Source of the DNA: Schmidtea polychroa
Lineage: Eukaryota
NCBI GenBank assembly: GCA_044892525.1
Contig: CM097885.1
Coordinates: forward strand, 47,059,727 to 47,123,726
Direction of reading: 5' to 3'
DNA length: 64,000 nt
Position 1 is the first letter of the stretch. Every line of letters starts with the position of its first letter. A model generated the notes under the pieces. It saw only the letters and a program-made list of their open reading frames with translations, was not told the origin of the DNA and searched no databases. A program made the position numbers and the translations under genes. Below, one piece after another: positions 42,188 through 51,887 of this stretch.

Positions 42188-43409
42188 AGTAGTGAGAAGT
42201 GAGGAGTATAAACCAAGCCAAATATACGATATTACGTAATATCTGTATGGGTATCCTAGGGGTGGTATGGTGTTACGTAATTTTGTAAAATTACGTAATC
42301 ACAAATAAAATGACGTAACCCTATTTTGATTACGTAACAATCGATTTTTTACTTTCCGTCATAATTGACCCCCTTATGTAATAATTGACCTTTGACCTCT
42401 TATATCATAATTAACCTTTGACCCCTTACATAATAATTGACCTTTGACCTCTTATGTAATAATTATACTTCATTAGAGTAGTGAGGAGTATAAACCAAGC
42501 CAAATATCCCTGAAAAAATTCAATACATTTTGATAGAGTAGTGAGAAGTGAGGAGTATAAACCAAGGCAAATATACAGTATTACGTAATATATGTATGGG
42601 TACCCTAGGGGTGGTATGGCGTTACGTAATTTTTTAAAATTACGTAATCACATATAAAGTGGCGTAATTATATTTTGATTACGTAATAATCTATTTTCTT
42701 AATTTTACGTCATAATTGACCCCCTTATGTAATAATTGCCCTTTGGCCTCTTATATCATAATTAACCTTTGACCCCTTACATATTAATTGACCTTTTACC
42801 TCTTATGTAATAATTATACTTCATTAGAGTAGTGAGGAGTATAAATCAAAGTCAAATATCCCTGGAAAAAATTCAATACATTTTGATAGAGTAGTGAGAA
42901 GTGAGGAGTATAAACCAAGCCAAATATACAGTATTACGTAATATCTGTATGGGTATCATAGGGGTGATATGGTGTTACGTAATTTTGTAAAATTACGTAA
43001 TCAGAAATAAAATGCCGTAATTCTATTTTGATTACGTAACAATCGATTTTTCTTATTTTCCGTCATAATTGACCCCTTGTGTAATAATTGACCTTTGCCC
43101 TCTTATATCATAATTAACCTTTGACCCCTTACATAATAATTGACCTTTGACCTCTTATGTAATAATTATACTTCATTAGAGTAGTGAGGAGTATAAACCA
43201 AGCCAAATATACAGTATTACGTAACATATGTATGGGTACCCTCGGGGGGTGGTGGTATGGTGTTACATAATTCTGTATAATTTTATTATAGATATATATT
43301 TATTGAATTATAAACATATATAAGAAAAAGTCATACATACATTTTTGAACCCGAGTACTATAATGATGACAATGAATGTGATAAACACTCGGTTATAATT
43401 CACACACAG

Positions 43410-43460
<51 letters not shown>

Positions 43461-43540
43461 CCTTTTAATAACTAAATTGTTCACAACAATAAAAACTTTG
43501 ACTATTTCACAATAACAACGTAAAAGGCAAATGATATTGA
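42188..43540 (+). repeat. Left TIR with tandem ~350-bp reiterations
   Basis: Units start at 42188, 42537 and 42890, with a short unit at 43180; 42890-43540 mirrors the right TIR. Confidence 0.92.
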
Positions 43541-43569
43541 TAAAAATTTTAAAAATTATATAAAACATT

Positions 43570-43956
43570 TTATTTCAAGTTAAATACATCTGTGTAGTAT
43601 GCTTTACGCATTTCAGCTAATAAGATATGGACTGATTGATCCCTTTTAAAGTCGTGACAGCATGGACACCCATTGGGGCATGACAATCTCATAGAATCTT
43701 TGCAAACAATGCAATTTTCAATGCATCTAGTGTCAGACCTTAGAACCATATCGTAGTGCAACTCTAAAAGTTGTTCTATATTAATACCTGTTAAACGAAA
43801 TATTTTATTTATAAGTAACTCTGGTGCACAATAATCTATGGTATTTCTTATTCCTGGGTATAATTCTTGAAACTTCTTTAAAATTACTTCAAATAAGTAA
43901 ACTAGATATAAAGATTATTAATTATAAATAAAAATATATTCTTTACCTTTTGACAT
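43570..43956 (-). CDS. Spliced 113-aa Cys-rich protein of unknown function (exons 43956-43947, 43901-43570)
   Basis: A 45-nt GT-AG intron (43902-43946) joins ATG TCA AAA G in frame to an exon open to the stop: MSKVYLFEVILKKFQELYPGIRNTIDYCAPELLINKIFRLTG...CIENCIVCKDSMRLSCPNGCPCCH. Confidence 0.75.
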
Positions 43957-43999
43957 TTTTTCTAACTACTAAAAACAAAATCAATACAAACAAAATTAA

Positions 44000-44446
44000 T
44001 TAATTAATTAACATTTTAATTTCTGAGATAATGTTCTCTACATAGTGATTATAGTCTAAAGTTTTTATTCCAAGTAATACAACCTTTCCGCTTGAAAATA
44101 CATTAACACAAACTGGATCATACTTTTGAAGACGTAAGGCAGGAAATATTTCCGGTTCAAACATACATTTAGCTTTATGTTGTAATTCGTATAAATTTAT
44201 AAATTTACCGATATCAGCAGTTGCTGTAATGGACTGAATTTGTAAATCTTGTATCTTATATTTCAAATCAACTAATTTAAGAGGTTGCTTGCATCCCATT
44301 ATCCGACATCTACCCGACTTGAAAAATATAATTGGATACTTCCCACTTCTATCCACAACTTGTTGGGGTTTACCTAATGGGAATTTCATGTTTTTGACTA
44401 AACACTTACCTTTATAATTAATGTTGCTCAATAATAATGAAGTCAT
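44000..44446 (-). CDS. Minimal TATA-box-binding protein (TBP)-like protein, 148 aa
   Basis: Two TBP repeats: LSNIN...IIFFKSGRCRIMGCK (cf. LQNIV...ALIFSSGKMVCTGAK) and QIQSITATADI...FEPEIFPAL...VNVFSSGKVVLLGIK (cf. KIQNMVGSCDV...YEPELFPGL...LLIFVSGKVVLTGAK). Confidence 0.9.
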   Translation of the reverse strand: MTSLLLSNINYKGKCLVKNMKFPLGKPQQVVDRSGKYPIIFFKSGRCRIMGCKQPLKLVDLKYKIQDLQIQSITATADIGKFINLYELQHKAKCMFEPEIFPALRLQKYDPVCVNVFSSGKVVLLGIKTLDYNHYVENIISEIKMLIN

Positions 44447-44520
44447 GTAATAAAATTTAAATAATTTTTATATACTTATAATAATAAATTTAAACAAATA
44501 TAAACAATAATATTAATGAA

Positions 44521-45159
44521 ATGAGATTAATTAAGATGGAATTAAGAAATGATGCCGTTTATCAAATTGTAGGTCCCAGTGGTAGTGGAAAAACTTTATT
44601 TGTTTGTAAATTATTACAATCGAATATGTTCAAATCAAAATTTAATAAAATATACTGGCATAAGGGAGCTGATGACGAGCATGGTATGACACAAGATCAG
44701 TTTTGTAAATTAAAAATGAATATAATGAAGGGATTTGATAAAAATTGGTCATCTAGATTACATCAAGGTGATGCTATAATTATTGATGATTTATATCAGG
44801 AAGCAAATAAAGAGAAAGATTTTAATAATTTATTTACAAAAACCAGTAGACATATCGGAGTAACGGTTATTTTTATAACACAAAATTTATTTCATCAAGG
44901 CGGAAGTCATCGAACGCGTAATTTGAATGTACAATATTTAGTTATTTTCAAAAATCCTCGAGACGCAACTATAATTGATTTTCTCGCAAGACAGGCTTAT
45001 CCTAATGATAGAAGATATTTAATTGAATCCTTCCAAGATGCAACAAAGATAGCACATGGGTATTTATTTTTCGATTTTACTCAACAATGTCCAGATGATT
45101 TACGTGTTAGAACAGATATTTTCAATGAAAAAGGTGTTACGATTTATAAACAAAAATGA
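44521..45159 (+). CDS. Genome-packaging ATPase (A32/FtsK-HerA family)
   Basis: Walker A GPSGSGKT, Walker B IIIDD, SRH and FITQN motifs, GYLFFD. The true start may be the ATG at 44536. Confidence 0.95.
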   Translation: MRLIKMELRNDAVYQIVGPSGSGKTLFVCKLLQSNMFKSKFNKIYWHKGADDEHGMTQDQFCKLKMNIMKGFDKNWSSRLHQGDAIIIDDLYQEANKEKDFNNLFTKTSRHIGVTVIFITQNLFHQGGSHRTRNLNVQYLVIFKNPRDATIIDFLARQAYPNDRRYLIESFQDATKIAHGYLFFDFTQQCPDDLRVRTDIFNEKGVTIYKQK

Positions 45160-45181
45160 AATACATTATTATTATTTAAAA

Positions 45182-45319
45182 ATGTCATTTAAAAAAGTTA
45201 TAGTTCAACGTGAAAAAGTTACAAAGCAGAAAGAAAACAAAAGAAATACTAAACGGAAAGAAAAAACTATAAATAAGACTAAAAATTCAATGAAAAAGAA
45301 GAGTTGGATTAAATTATAA
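45182..45319 (+). CDS. Small Lys/Arg-rich protein (45 aa), putative DNA-condensing core protein
   Basis: MSFKKVIVQREKVTKQKENKRNTKRKEKTINKTKNSMKKKSWIKL fills the gap between two genes and has a TATAAAC box 37 nt upstream. Confidence 0.55.
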   Translation: MSFKKVIVQREKVTKQKENKRNTKRKEKTINKTKNSMKKKSWIKL

Positions 45320-45350
45320 ACAAATTAATTAATAAAATACATCATTAACA

Positions 45351-45677
45351 ATGAAATTACAACGTAGCTTACCATATTTTAACGCCTTGCTAAAGGCTCC
45401 AAATAATAAAAGGATGAGTATATTACAAGCTTTTCCATCATTTGTTATTGATGATTTACTCGAAGCTATTGTTAACATAGTTCGTGGTAATGTAAATATT
45501 AGTAAAGCTAAAAGGTTTGTATTAAAAAGACATAAGAAATCTCTTTTATCATTAGTTAACACAAAAAATCAAAATCTAATGAGAAAATTAATGTATGAAC
45601 AACAAGGCGGATTTTTAGGTACATTAATTCCAATTGTATTATCGGCTATAAGCACAATTTCGTCATTAAATTCTTAA
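45351..45677 (+). CDS. Virion core protein with adenovirus pX-like C-terminus
   Basis: Basic body ending QQGG|FLGTLIPIVLSAI, similar to the adenovirus pX GG|FLPxLIPIIAAAI protease site plus hydrophobic tail. Confidence 0.75.
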   Translation: MKLQRSLPYFNALLKAPNNKRMSILQAFPSFVIDDLLEAIVNIVRGNVNISKAKRFVLKRHKKSLLSLVNTKNQNLMRKLMYEQQGGFLGTLIPIVLSAISTISSLNS

Positions 45678-45762
45678 AATATAATATCCATAATGGGTGC
45701 TAAGAATTCATTACCGGATAAACATAATTTAGATTTAAATATATTAACATCATGTTGTAATA

Positions 45763-46885
45763 ATGAAGGAAACATTTTCCAAAAAGGTCAAATCAAAGAA
45801 GAAAATATTAGAGAAAAAACTCAAAACGATTTGGACAAACCCGAAAAATCCAGATGGTTTTGGTGGTGTAGAAAAACTTGCAAAAAGAGTAAATAAATCA
45901 AAGAAAGAAACTCAAAAATGGTTATCTAATCAATTAGCCTACAGTCTAAATAAACCAATATTAAAAAGATTCCCCACGAGATCTTATAAAACATTTGGTG
46001 TTAATGATTTATGGCAAATGGATTTAATGGAAATGATTCCATTTTCAAAAATTAATAAAGGATACAAATATATTTTGACATGTATTGATGTATTTAGTAG
46101 ATACGCTCGTGCTATCCCAACAAAATCTAAATCAGCTAATGAAATGGCTGATGCATTAAAAACATTATTTGCTGACGGACAGCCTCGTAATTTACAAACA
46201 GATTTGGGTAAAATTATAAATTAAATAATTTTAATTAATTTTAAATTTAGGTAAAGAATTTTATAATAGCAAAGTTAAAGAAATTATCAAAGGAATAAAT
46301 CATTACTCAGTATTTTCACAATATAAAGCAGCGCACGTGGAAAGATTCAATCGTACTTTAAGAGATCGTTTGAAAAAATATTTTGTATATCAAGGCAATA
46401 AAACGTGGATAAATGTATTGTCGAAAATAATTTATAGTTACAATTTTTCACCTCATAGAGGAATAAATGGAATGAGACCAATCGATATTTATTCAACAAA
46501 TTATATTGATACTTGGATATCACAACAAGATAAATCAAAAACAAAAAAGCCGAAATATAAAGTAGGAGACCATGTTAGAATAAGTAAAATCAGTGCTTCT
46601 CCATTCATCAAGAATTTTGATAACAATTGGAGTGATGAAGTTTTTAAAATATCGAAAATAGATACTAATCAAAATCCGGTCATGTACTTTATTACAGATA
46701 ATGAAAACGATCAAGTCAGTGGCAAATTCTACGAACCAGAACTACAAGTCATTCCATCACCCACAATCTTCAGAATTCAAGAGATTTTAAAAACTAAATC
46801 GGACGGGAAATATAAACAATACTATGTGAAATGGCATGGTTATAAACATCCTAGCTGGATATCTGAAAACCAATTGATTAAATAA
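45763..46885 (+). CDS. Retroviral-like (c-)integrase with C-terminal chromodomain, spliced (exons 45763-46207, 46251-46885; 359 aa)
   Basis: WQMDL (D), QTDLG|KEFYN (D, restored by the 43-nt GT-AG intron 46208-46250), VERFNRTL (E), and chromodomain YYVKWHGY..PSWI. Confidence 0.95.
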
Positions 46886-46890
46886 ATATT

Positions 46891-47922
46891 ATGAAGGAAA
46901 ACCAGTTTTATATGATTTTACCTAGTAATAGTTGTCCTCTTATTTATCCTGATAATAATGCTAGTAATTTTAAAGTTGAATTTCAAAACCCAATTTATTT
47001 GAATGGGAAGTGGGAAGTAGCTTTGATTGATTTTACATTTGTGTATAATCATTTTCCGTATTACAGTAATTCATGGGTACAATACGAATTTAAAAAATCA
47101 TGCGAAGAAACTAAATACTTGAAAATTGATAATCAAAACAAAATCTTAGAAATTTTAAATTCTACATATAATCCAGATGTTGATGTGTTCTTGGAAAGAT
47201 ATGAAAACTTAGTGATAGTTTGTCCACATGTTCCATTTAAAATATCATTTCTTGACACCAAACATGCATCTAAGTTTGAATTAAAAACCATATCAATCAT
47301 TAGCAAAACTGACCATTGTCGAATTAAACTACCTAAATTTACTGAAAATAATATCATTGAACAAATTGGGATAACTATAAATTATGATATCAAGACAAAA
47401 TTCGAACATTATTTTGAAGATGAATTATTCTTAACTACTTTATCAGAGTTGCGAGGGTATTTAATGATAATTAATCCATCTCCATTTAAAGAAATACATC
47501 TTCAAAATCAAGAATTGGTAAAAATAACACTTGTAGATGATATTTCAAATATTACCTTTGATCAAAAATTAACAAAAGCTTTAGGATTAAAGAATCAAAC
47601 TTATAATGAAAAAGACTTTGTTGGTGTGAAAATTCCAAAAATATTTAAAATTCATCAACAAATGTTTATTTATTCTAATATCATTGAACCAATAAATGTT
47701 GGTGATGTAAGAGTTCCTCTATTAAAATCGATATGGATTAAAAGATATGAACAGGGAGAGGTTGTACAGTTAGAAATAAAGAACCCAATGTACCTTCCAA
47801 TTTCATCTTCATCTATAAACAACATTGAAATTAATATTCGCAACGATAGTGGAAATTTAGTTAAATTTTCAAAAGACACCAAAACACATTTAACACTACA
47901 TTTTCGTAAAATAAATGAATAA
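46891..47922 (+). CDS. Minor capsid protein (penton)
   Basis: N-terminal FYMILPSNS..YPDN.ASNF...L.G.WEVAL and C-terminal FIYSNII..VGD..PLL...IEINIRNDSG...LTLHFR, typical of Polinton pentons. Confidence 0.9.
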   Translation: MKENQFYMILPSNSCPLIYPDNNASNFKVEFQNPIYLNGKWEVALIDFTFVYNHFPYYSNSWVQYEFKKSCEETKYLKIDNQNKILEILNSTYNPDVDVFLERYENLVIVCPHVPFKISFLDTKHASKFELKTISIISKTDHCRIKLPKFTENNIIEQIGITINYDIKTKFEHYFEDELFLTTLSELRGYLMIINPSPFKEIHLQNQELVKITLVDDISNITFDQKLTKALGLKNQTYNEKDFVGVKIPKIFKIHQQMFIYSNIIEPINVGDVRVPLLKSIWIKRYEQGEVVQLEIKNPMYLPISSSSINNIEINIRNDSGNLVKFSKDTKTHLTLHFRKINE

Positions 47923-48316
47923 TCCTGATATTGTAAACTTTTATAGTAATAGTCAATCTGGTGGAGATTTACCATATTTTGTTGGTAAACAATATGGAAC
48001 AGGTTGGTTAAAAACAATAGGTCGATTTGCTTTACCAATTCTTAGACGCATAGGTAATTTTGGTATGAAAACTGCACATGATGTAATAAATAACAATTCA
48101 AAAATTCTACCTGCTTTAAAATCAAATGTTTTATCTGAAATTAAACATTCACTACCTGATGTAATTCAATATTTGCCTACTGTAATTAATAAAGTATCTG
48201 ATGTTTTTAATAAACAAGAGAATGAACAAAAAGGTGGAATGATTAAACGCAGAAAAACATTAAAGAAGCATATAAACAAAAGAATGAAAGGCTTTGGAAC
48301 TATATTCGAAAAATGA
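47915..48316 (+). CDS. Protease-matured core/cement protein (pVI/pVII-like)
   Basis: Repeated QxG(x)G sites (QSGG, QYGTG, QKGG, MKGFG), amphipathic helix WLKTIGRFALPILRRIG and a basic C-terminus; sits between penton and MCP. Confidence 0.75.
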   Translation: MNNPDIVNFYSNSQSGGDLPYFVGKQYGTGWLKTIGRFALPILRRIGNFGMKTAHDVINNNSKILPALKSNVLSEIKHSLPDVIQYLPTVINKVSDVFNKQENEQKGGMIKRRKTLKKHINKRMKGFGTIFEK

Positions 48317-49505
48317 TTAGTGCAAAATCTGAATTATGTATTTTTGATAGACCATCACCTCAAGCAGTAATTGAACATGGTTCATTTGAAGATATTTATC
48401 CAACGAATTCAATTACGGATACTGGTACCTCTTCAATTCTATTTTACATTAACGGATCTCAAACCGAATATTTAGATTTGAATGATACTTTACTTTATCT
48501 TCAGTTGAAAGTTGTAAATAATGTAGGTGAAAATATTTCTGATGATTCTGTTGTAACTGCAAACAATTTCTTTTTCCAAACTCTTTTTAAAGAAGCTGAA
48601 TTAATTTTTAATTCTATTAAAGTTGAAGGAGGAAATGATACATTTGCTCATAAAGCATTAATCGAAACCATATTAAATTACAATCATGATACAAAACGTA
48701 CATGTTTAGAAGGTATGGGGTACAGTGAAGATGATAATATAAGAAAAGCGTGGATTGCAAAATCTAAACCATTTTCATTATGTTCACCAATAGAATTTGA
48801 TTTTATGGATCAACCTAAATATTTATTACCTGGTGTTAGTGTCCAAATTAAATTGACGAGATCAAGTCCATCACATAGTTTAACATGTACAAAAGTAGAA
48901 CCTAAAATTGAATTATTAGATGCAAAATTAATGGTAAGAAGAGTTCGAGTTGAACCATCCGTTTTAGCTGGTCATCAAATTGGACTTGCTTCAAGAAATG
49001 CAATTTATCCTTTGAGAAGCAAGGAAGTTGTCGAATTTTCGTTATAAAGAACAAATCTTTGGTGATCGGCGATTACCAAATTTTATCCTTGTAACATTTC
49101 AAAGAAATAAAAGAAATAATGGATCACTAACACATTCTTATTCAATGTACGACCACAATAATGTAAAATCAATAACTTTATTGAAAGGAAGCGACTATCG
49201 TGAAAAATATAGTCAAGATTTTGAAAATGATAATTATAGTACAAGTTATATGCAGTCAATAATTAGAAACATGGGTTACCTTAATAAGAATATTAATTGT
49301 GGAATTAGTATGTCTGACTTTAAAAAAAAGTATCCATTCTTTACATTTGTATTGGCTCCAGACTTTGATCTTAATCAAAGTCAATTGCCACAGCAAGGAA
49401 ATTATTAAATTTGGAACACCTCTAACAGAATCAATTTCTGTAATAGTCTATGGCGTCTTTGAAAAAGAGATTCAAATTACATCCAATCGTACAGTACTAG
49501 TGTAA
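48313..49505 (+). pseudogene. Double jelly-roll major capsid protein, broken by two frameshifts
   Basis: KSELCIF..P, YLDLNDTLLY, QPKYLLPGV.V.IKLTR, RLP..ILV and terminal IKF..PL...I.VIVYG.FE..I.I. Frame breaks near 49044 and 49403 look like small deletions. Confidence 0.92.
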
Positions 49506-49567
49506 ATAAAGTTTGAAAATGATTGGCTTGAACTATAAACCAAATTAGGAAACAATAATTATTAAAA

Positions 49568-49953
49568 ATGAAGTAAGAATTTCATTTTTATTACTTTAAT
49601 TTATTGATAATAGTTCTATTCAGATTGAATACATAGGTCGAAGATTGTTCGGAGCTGAATTTCTTGGAGTTTTTCCATTAGATAAAATACCATATATTGA
49701 TGTAAACAAGGCTTTAATTGTAAATACTCAATCTTGTAATCTCAAGGGAGAGCATTGGCTCGCAGTTTATGTGAAACCGGAAAAAATATATGCATTTGAT
49801 CCCATGGGGTTTTATTATCCTCCTCTATTAATATCAAAACTTCAATCATTGTTAATGCCAATTGAATATAATAAAATTCGCTATCAAAGTCCATTGACAA
49901 AAACATGTGGGCAACATTGTTTAGCGTGGTTGAAGTCAATGAAAGATCTTTGA
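49568..49953 (+). CDS. Adenain/Ulp1-like cysteine maturation protease, spliced (exons 49568-49572, 49614-49953; 114 aa)
   Basis: A 41-nt intron (49573-49613) gives MNSIQIEYIGRRLFGAEFLGVFPLD. Catalytic GEHW (H), FDPMG (D) and QS..TKTCG (Q, C). Confidence 0.93.
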
Positions 49954-50118
49954 ATATAAGAAAATTTAATCAAATAAATATTATCTTGTTAGTTTGTAAT
50001 TTTTTATGTCATTCTACTAGTAAATATAATTTAATGGTATGTGATTATGTGATTGGTTTCTTGAATTTTATTGGTTACTATTTTATTGAATCATTGTTGT
50101 GTAATATGTAGTATATAA

Positions 50119-50454
50119 ATGAAAACAATTCATTTAAAAGTCACTTTTATCAATACCCAAACTTTTGTAAGTTTTATGTAATTAATTAATTAATAATTCT
50201 CTTATAATGTTTTCTAGGTAATGAATTGCAACAACAACAACAATTACAACAACTCAAATAACATGAATAACGTCAATAGCAAGATTTGCAACCACTCAAA
50301 TAACATGAACAACAAAAACTTAAACACAAACAATGATAAAATGTTTCGAAATAATTCCAAGAAAATTAATGCAAACATGATAAAATGTAAGTATTATATA
50401 TATTTTTCAGTATTTAAAGATATTTTCATTTTAATTAAATTAATATTAATTTAA
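50119..50454 (+). CDS. Possible low-complexity Asn-rich accessory protein (intron 50167-50217)
   Basis: TATATAAA at 50112 and a 51-nt GTAAGT...TTCTAG intron in frame with the N-rich ORF at 50221. An alternative Gln-rich frame has several stops. Confidence 0.3.
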
Positions 50455-50681
50455 ATATTATATTTCATTTTAATTTATTTTACAAATTTGAATTTAAATT
50501 AATTTACTCAAAGTAAAAATTAGAACAATTTTGAATTTATTAGATAATAATAATTTATAATTTTATTTAAATTTAATTATTTTAAATCAATTTAAATTTA
50601 TCAATAAAAAAAAATTTTTTTTAATGCAATATTTTTAATTAAATTATAATGTATACCATAACATAAGAAACAAATAAAGAC

Positions 50682-51586
50682 TTATAATATATTAGTATCA
50701 ATTATTTTCCATATAGGTCTGATTGTTTCTTTTCCTTCTTTAAAACCCTGAATTTGAATTTTTATCATAAAATGTGAATTTTCATTTTCTTTTTTAATAT
50801 TTTCTAAAGCATAATCTTTATCACAATTCATAAATGTAAAGTTTTCATTGAATTGAATATTTTTATTGATAGCCAACAATAATTCTAAAATATTTTTTCT
50901 ATCGATATCTCCAATTTTACCTACTTGTATATTATATAAACTCTGTTTCAAAGTTACAGGTTCCTAAAAAAAAATTTAATTAATATTTTATTAAATGATA
51001 TAAATATATTTACTTTAAATGAATAAGTTATTGGGTATTTTAAATATTCCATAGAATATTGTAGGAACTGAACAGGAGATTTTCTAATAAGATTAACTGC
51101 CGATGTTGAATTTTCCTGTAGAATTAACTTTATTATATCTGAATTTACTTGTTTCTCCATCTTTTTCACTGAACTTTCTAGAATAATGATTAAGCAATAC
51201 TAGATAATGATAATAAAATTACTTTTATACAGTGCTCGAAGTGGAACAAAATATGTGCCGGGATAGGCATGCTGTGGCACCCGGGATTCCAGGCTTTGAT
51301 GCAGAAATTTTCAGTTGGGGGTGTTACAAAACTTTGGGGGGTGTCCAACAAATTGAATAGAGAATAGAGAATAAAGAATATATATATACATACATATATG
51401 GATGTACTATGTGTGACCTTAATTGCAGTATTTGTGTGCCTATAAAATGAAATAAGTACCGGGATAAACCTATAGATTATATGAAATGAAGTGCCGGGAT
51501 GCAATTCCGCCTACATAATCAATGCCGGGATAATATCCCGGCTATCCGGCCTCACTTCGAGCACTGCTTTTATATTGTTGCATCAT
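50682..51586 (-). pseudogene. Three-exon accessory gene (~155 aa) interrupted by a MITE
   Basis: Removing the MITE and introns 51178-51222 (45 nt) and 50964-51013 (50 nt) gives one frame: MMQQYK|KSSVKKMEKQVNS...YSFK|EPVTLKQ...IRPIWKIIDTNIL. Confidence 0.75.
51230..51566. mobile_element. hAT-type MITE inside the Polinton (337 bp)
   Basis: Perfect 14-bp TIR CAGTGCTCGAAGTG, perfect 8-bp TSD CTTTTATA (51222-51229, 51567-51574), repeated internal CCGGGAT motifs. Confidence 0.95.
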
Positions 51587-51887
51587 TAAATATAATAATT
51601 TCATGCACTCAGTATATATATTAATTTTAAAAATCGAGTTGACCAATTAGATTCTTTTTAACAAATCATTTTAATTTTATTGGATGAAAGATTTTATGTG
51701 TGTGTATAGTATTTTTGATTTTTTAAATATTTATTTCTAATAATCAATTTGTGATGTTCATATATTCATTTTCATATATTCATTTTTATTTATAATGCAA
51801 TCCTTTGATAATTTCTTTTGAAACTTAGTTATCTTATATCCAAAGTTTTGTAATTCTTCCTTTCATGACAATGATTGTCATAAAACT

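Noticed and set aside
45693..45896. 67-aa ORF overlapping the integrase start
   Set aside because: Out-of-frame overlap with the integrase N-terminus; no motifs.
51190..51504. 104-aa minus-strand ORF
   Set aside because: Lies almost entirely within the hAT MITE.
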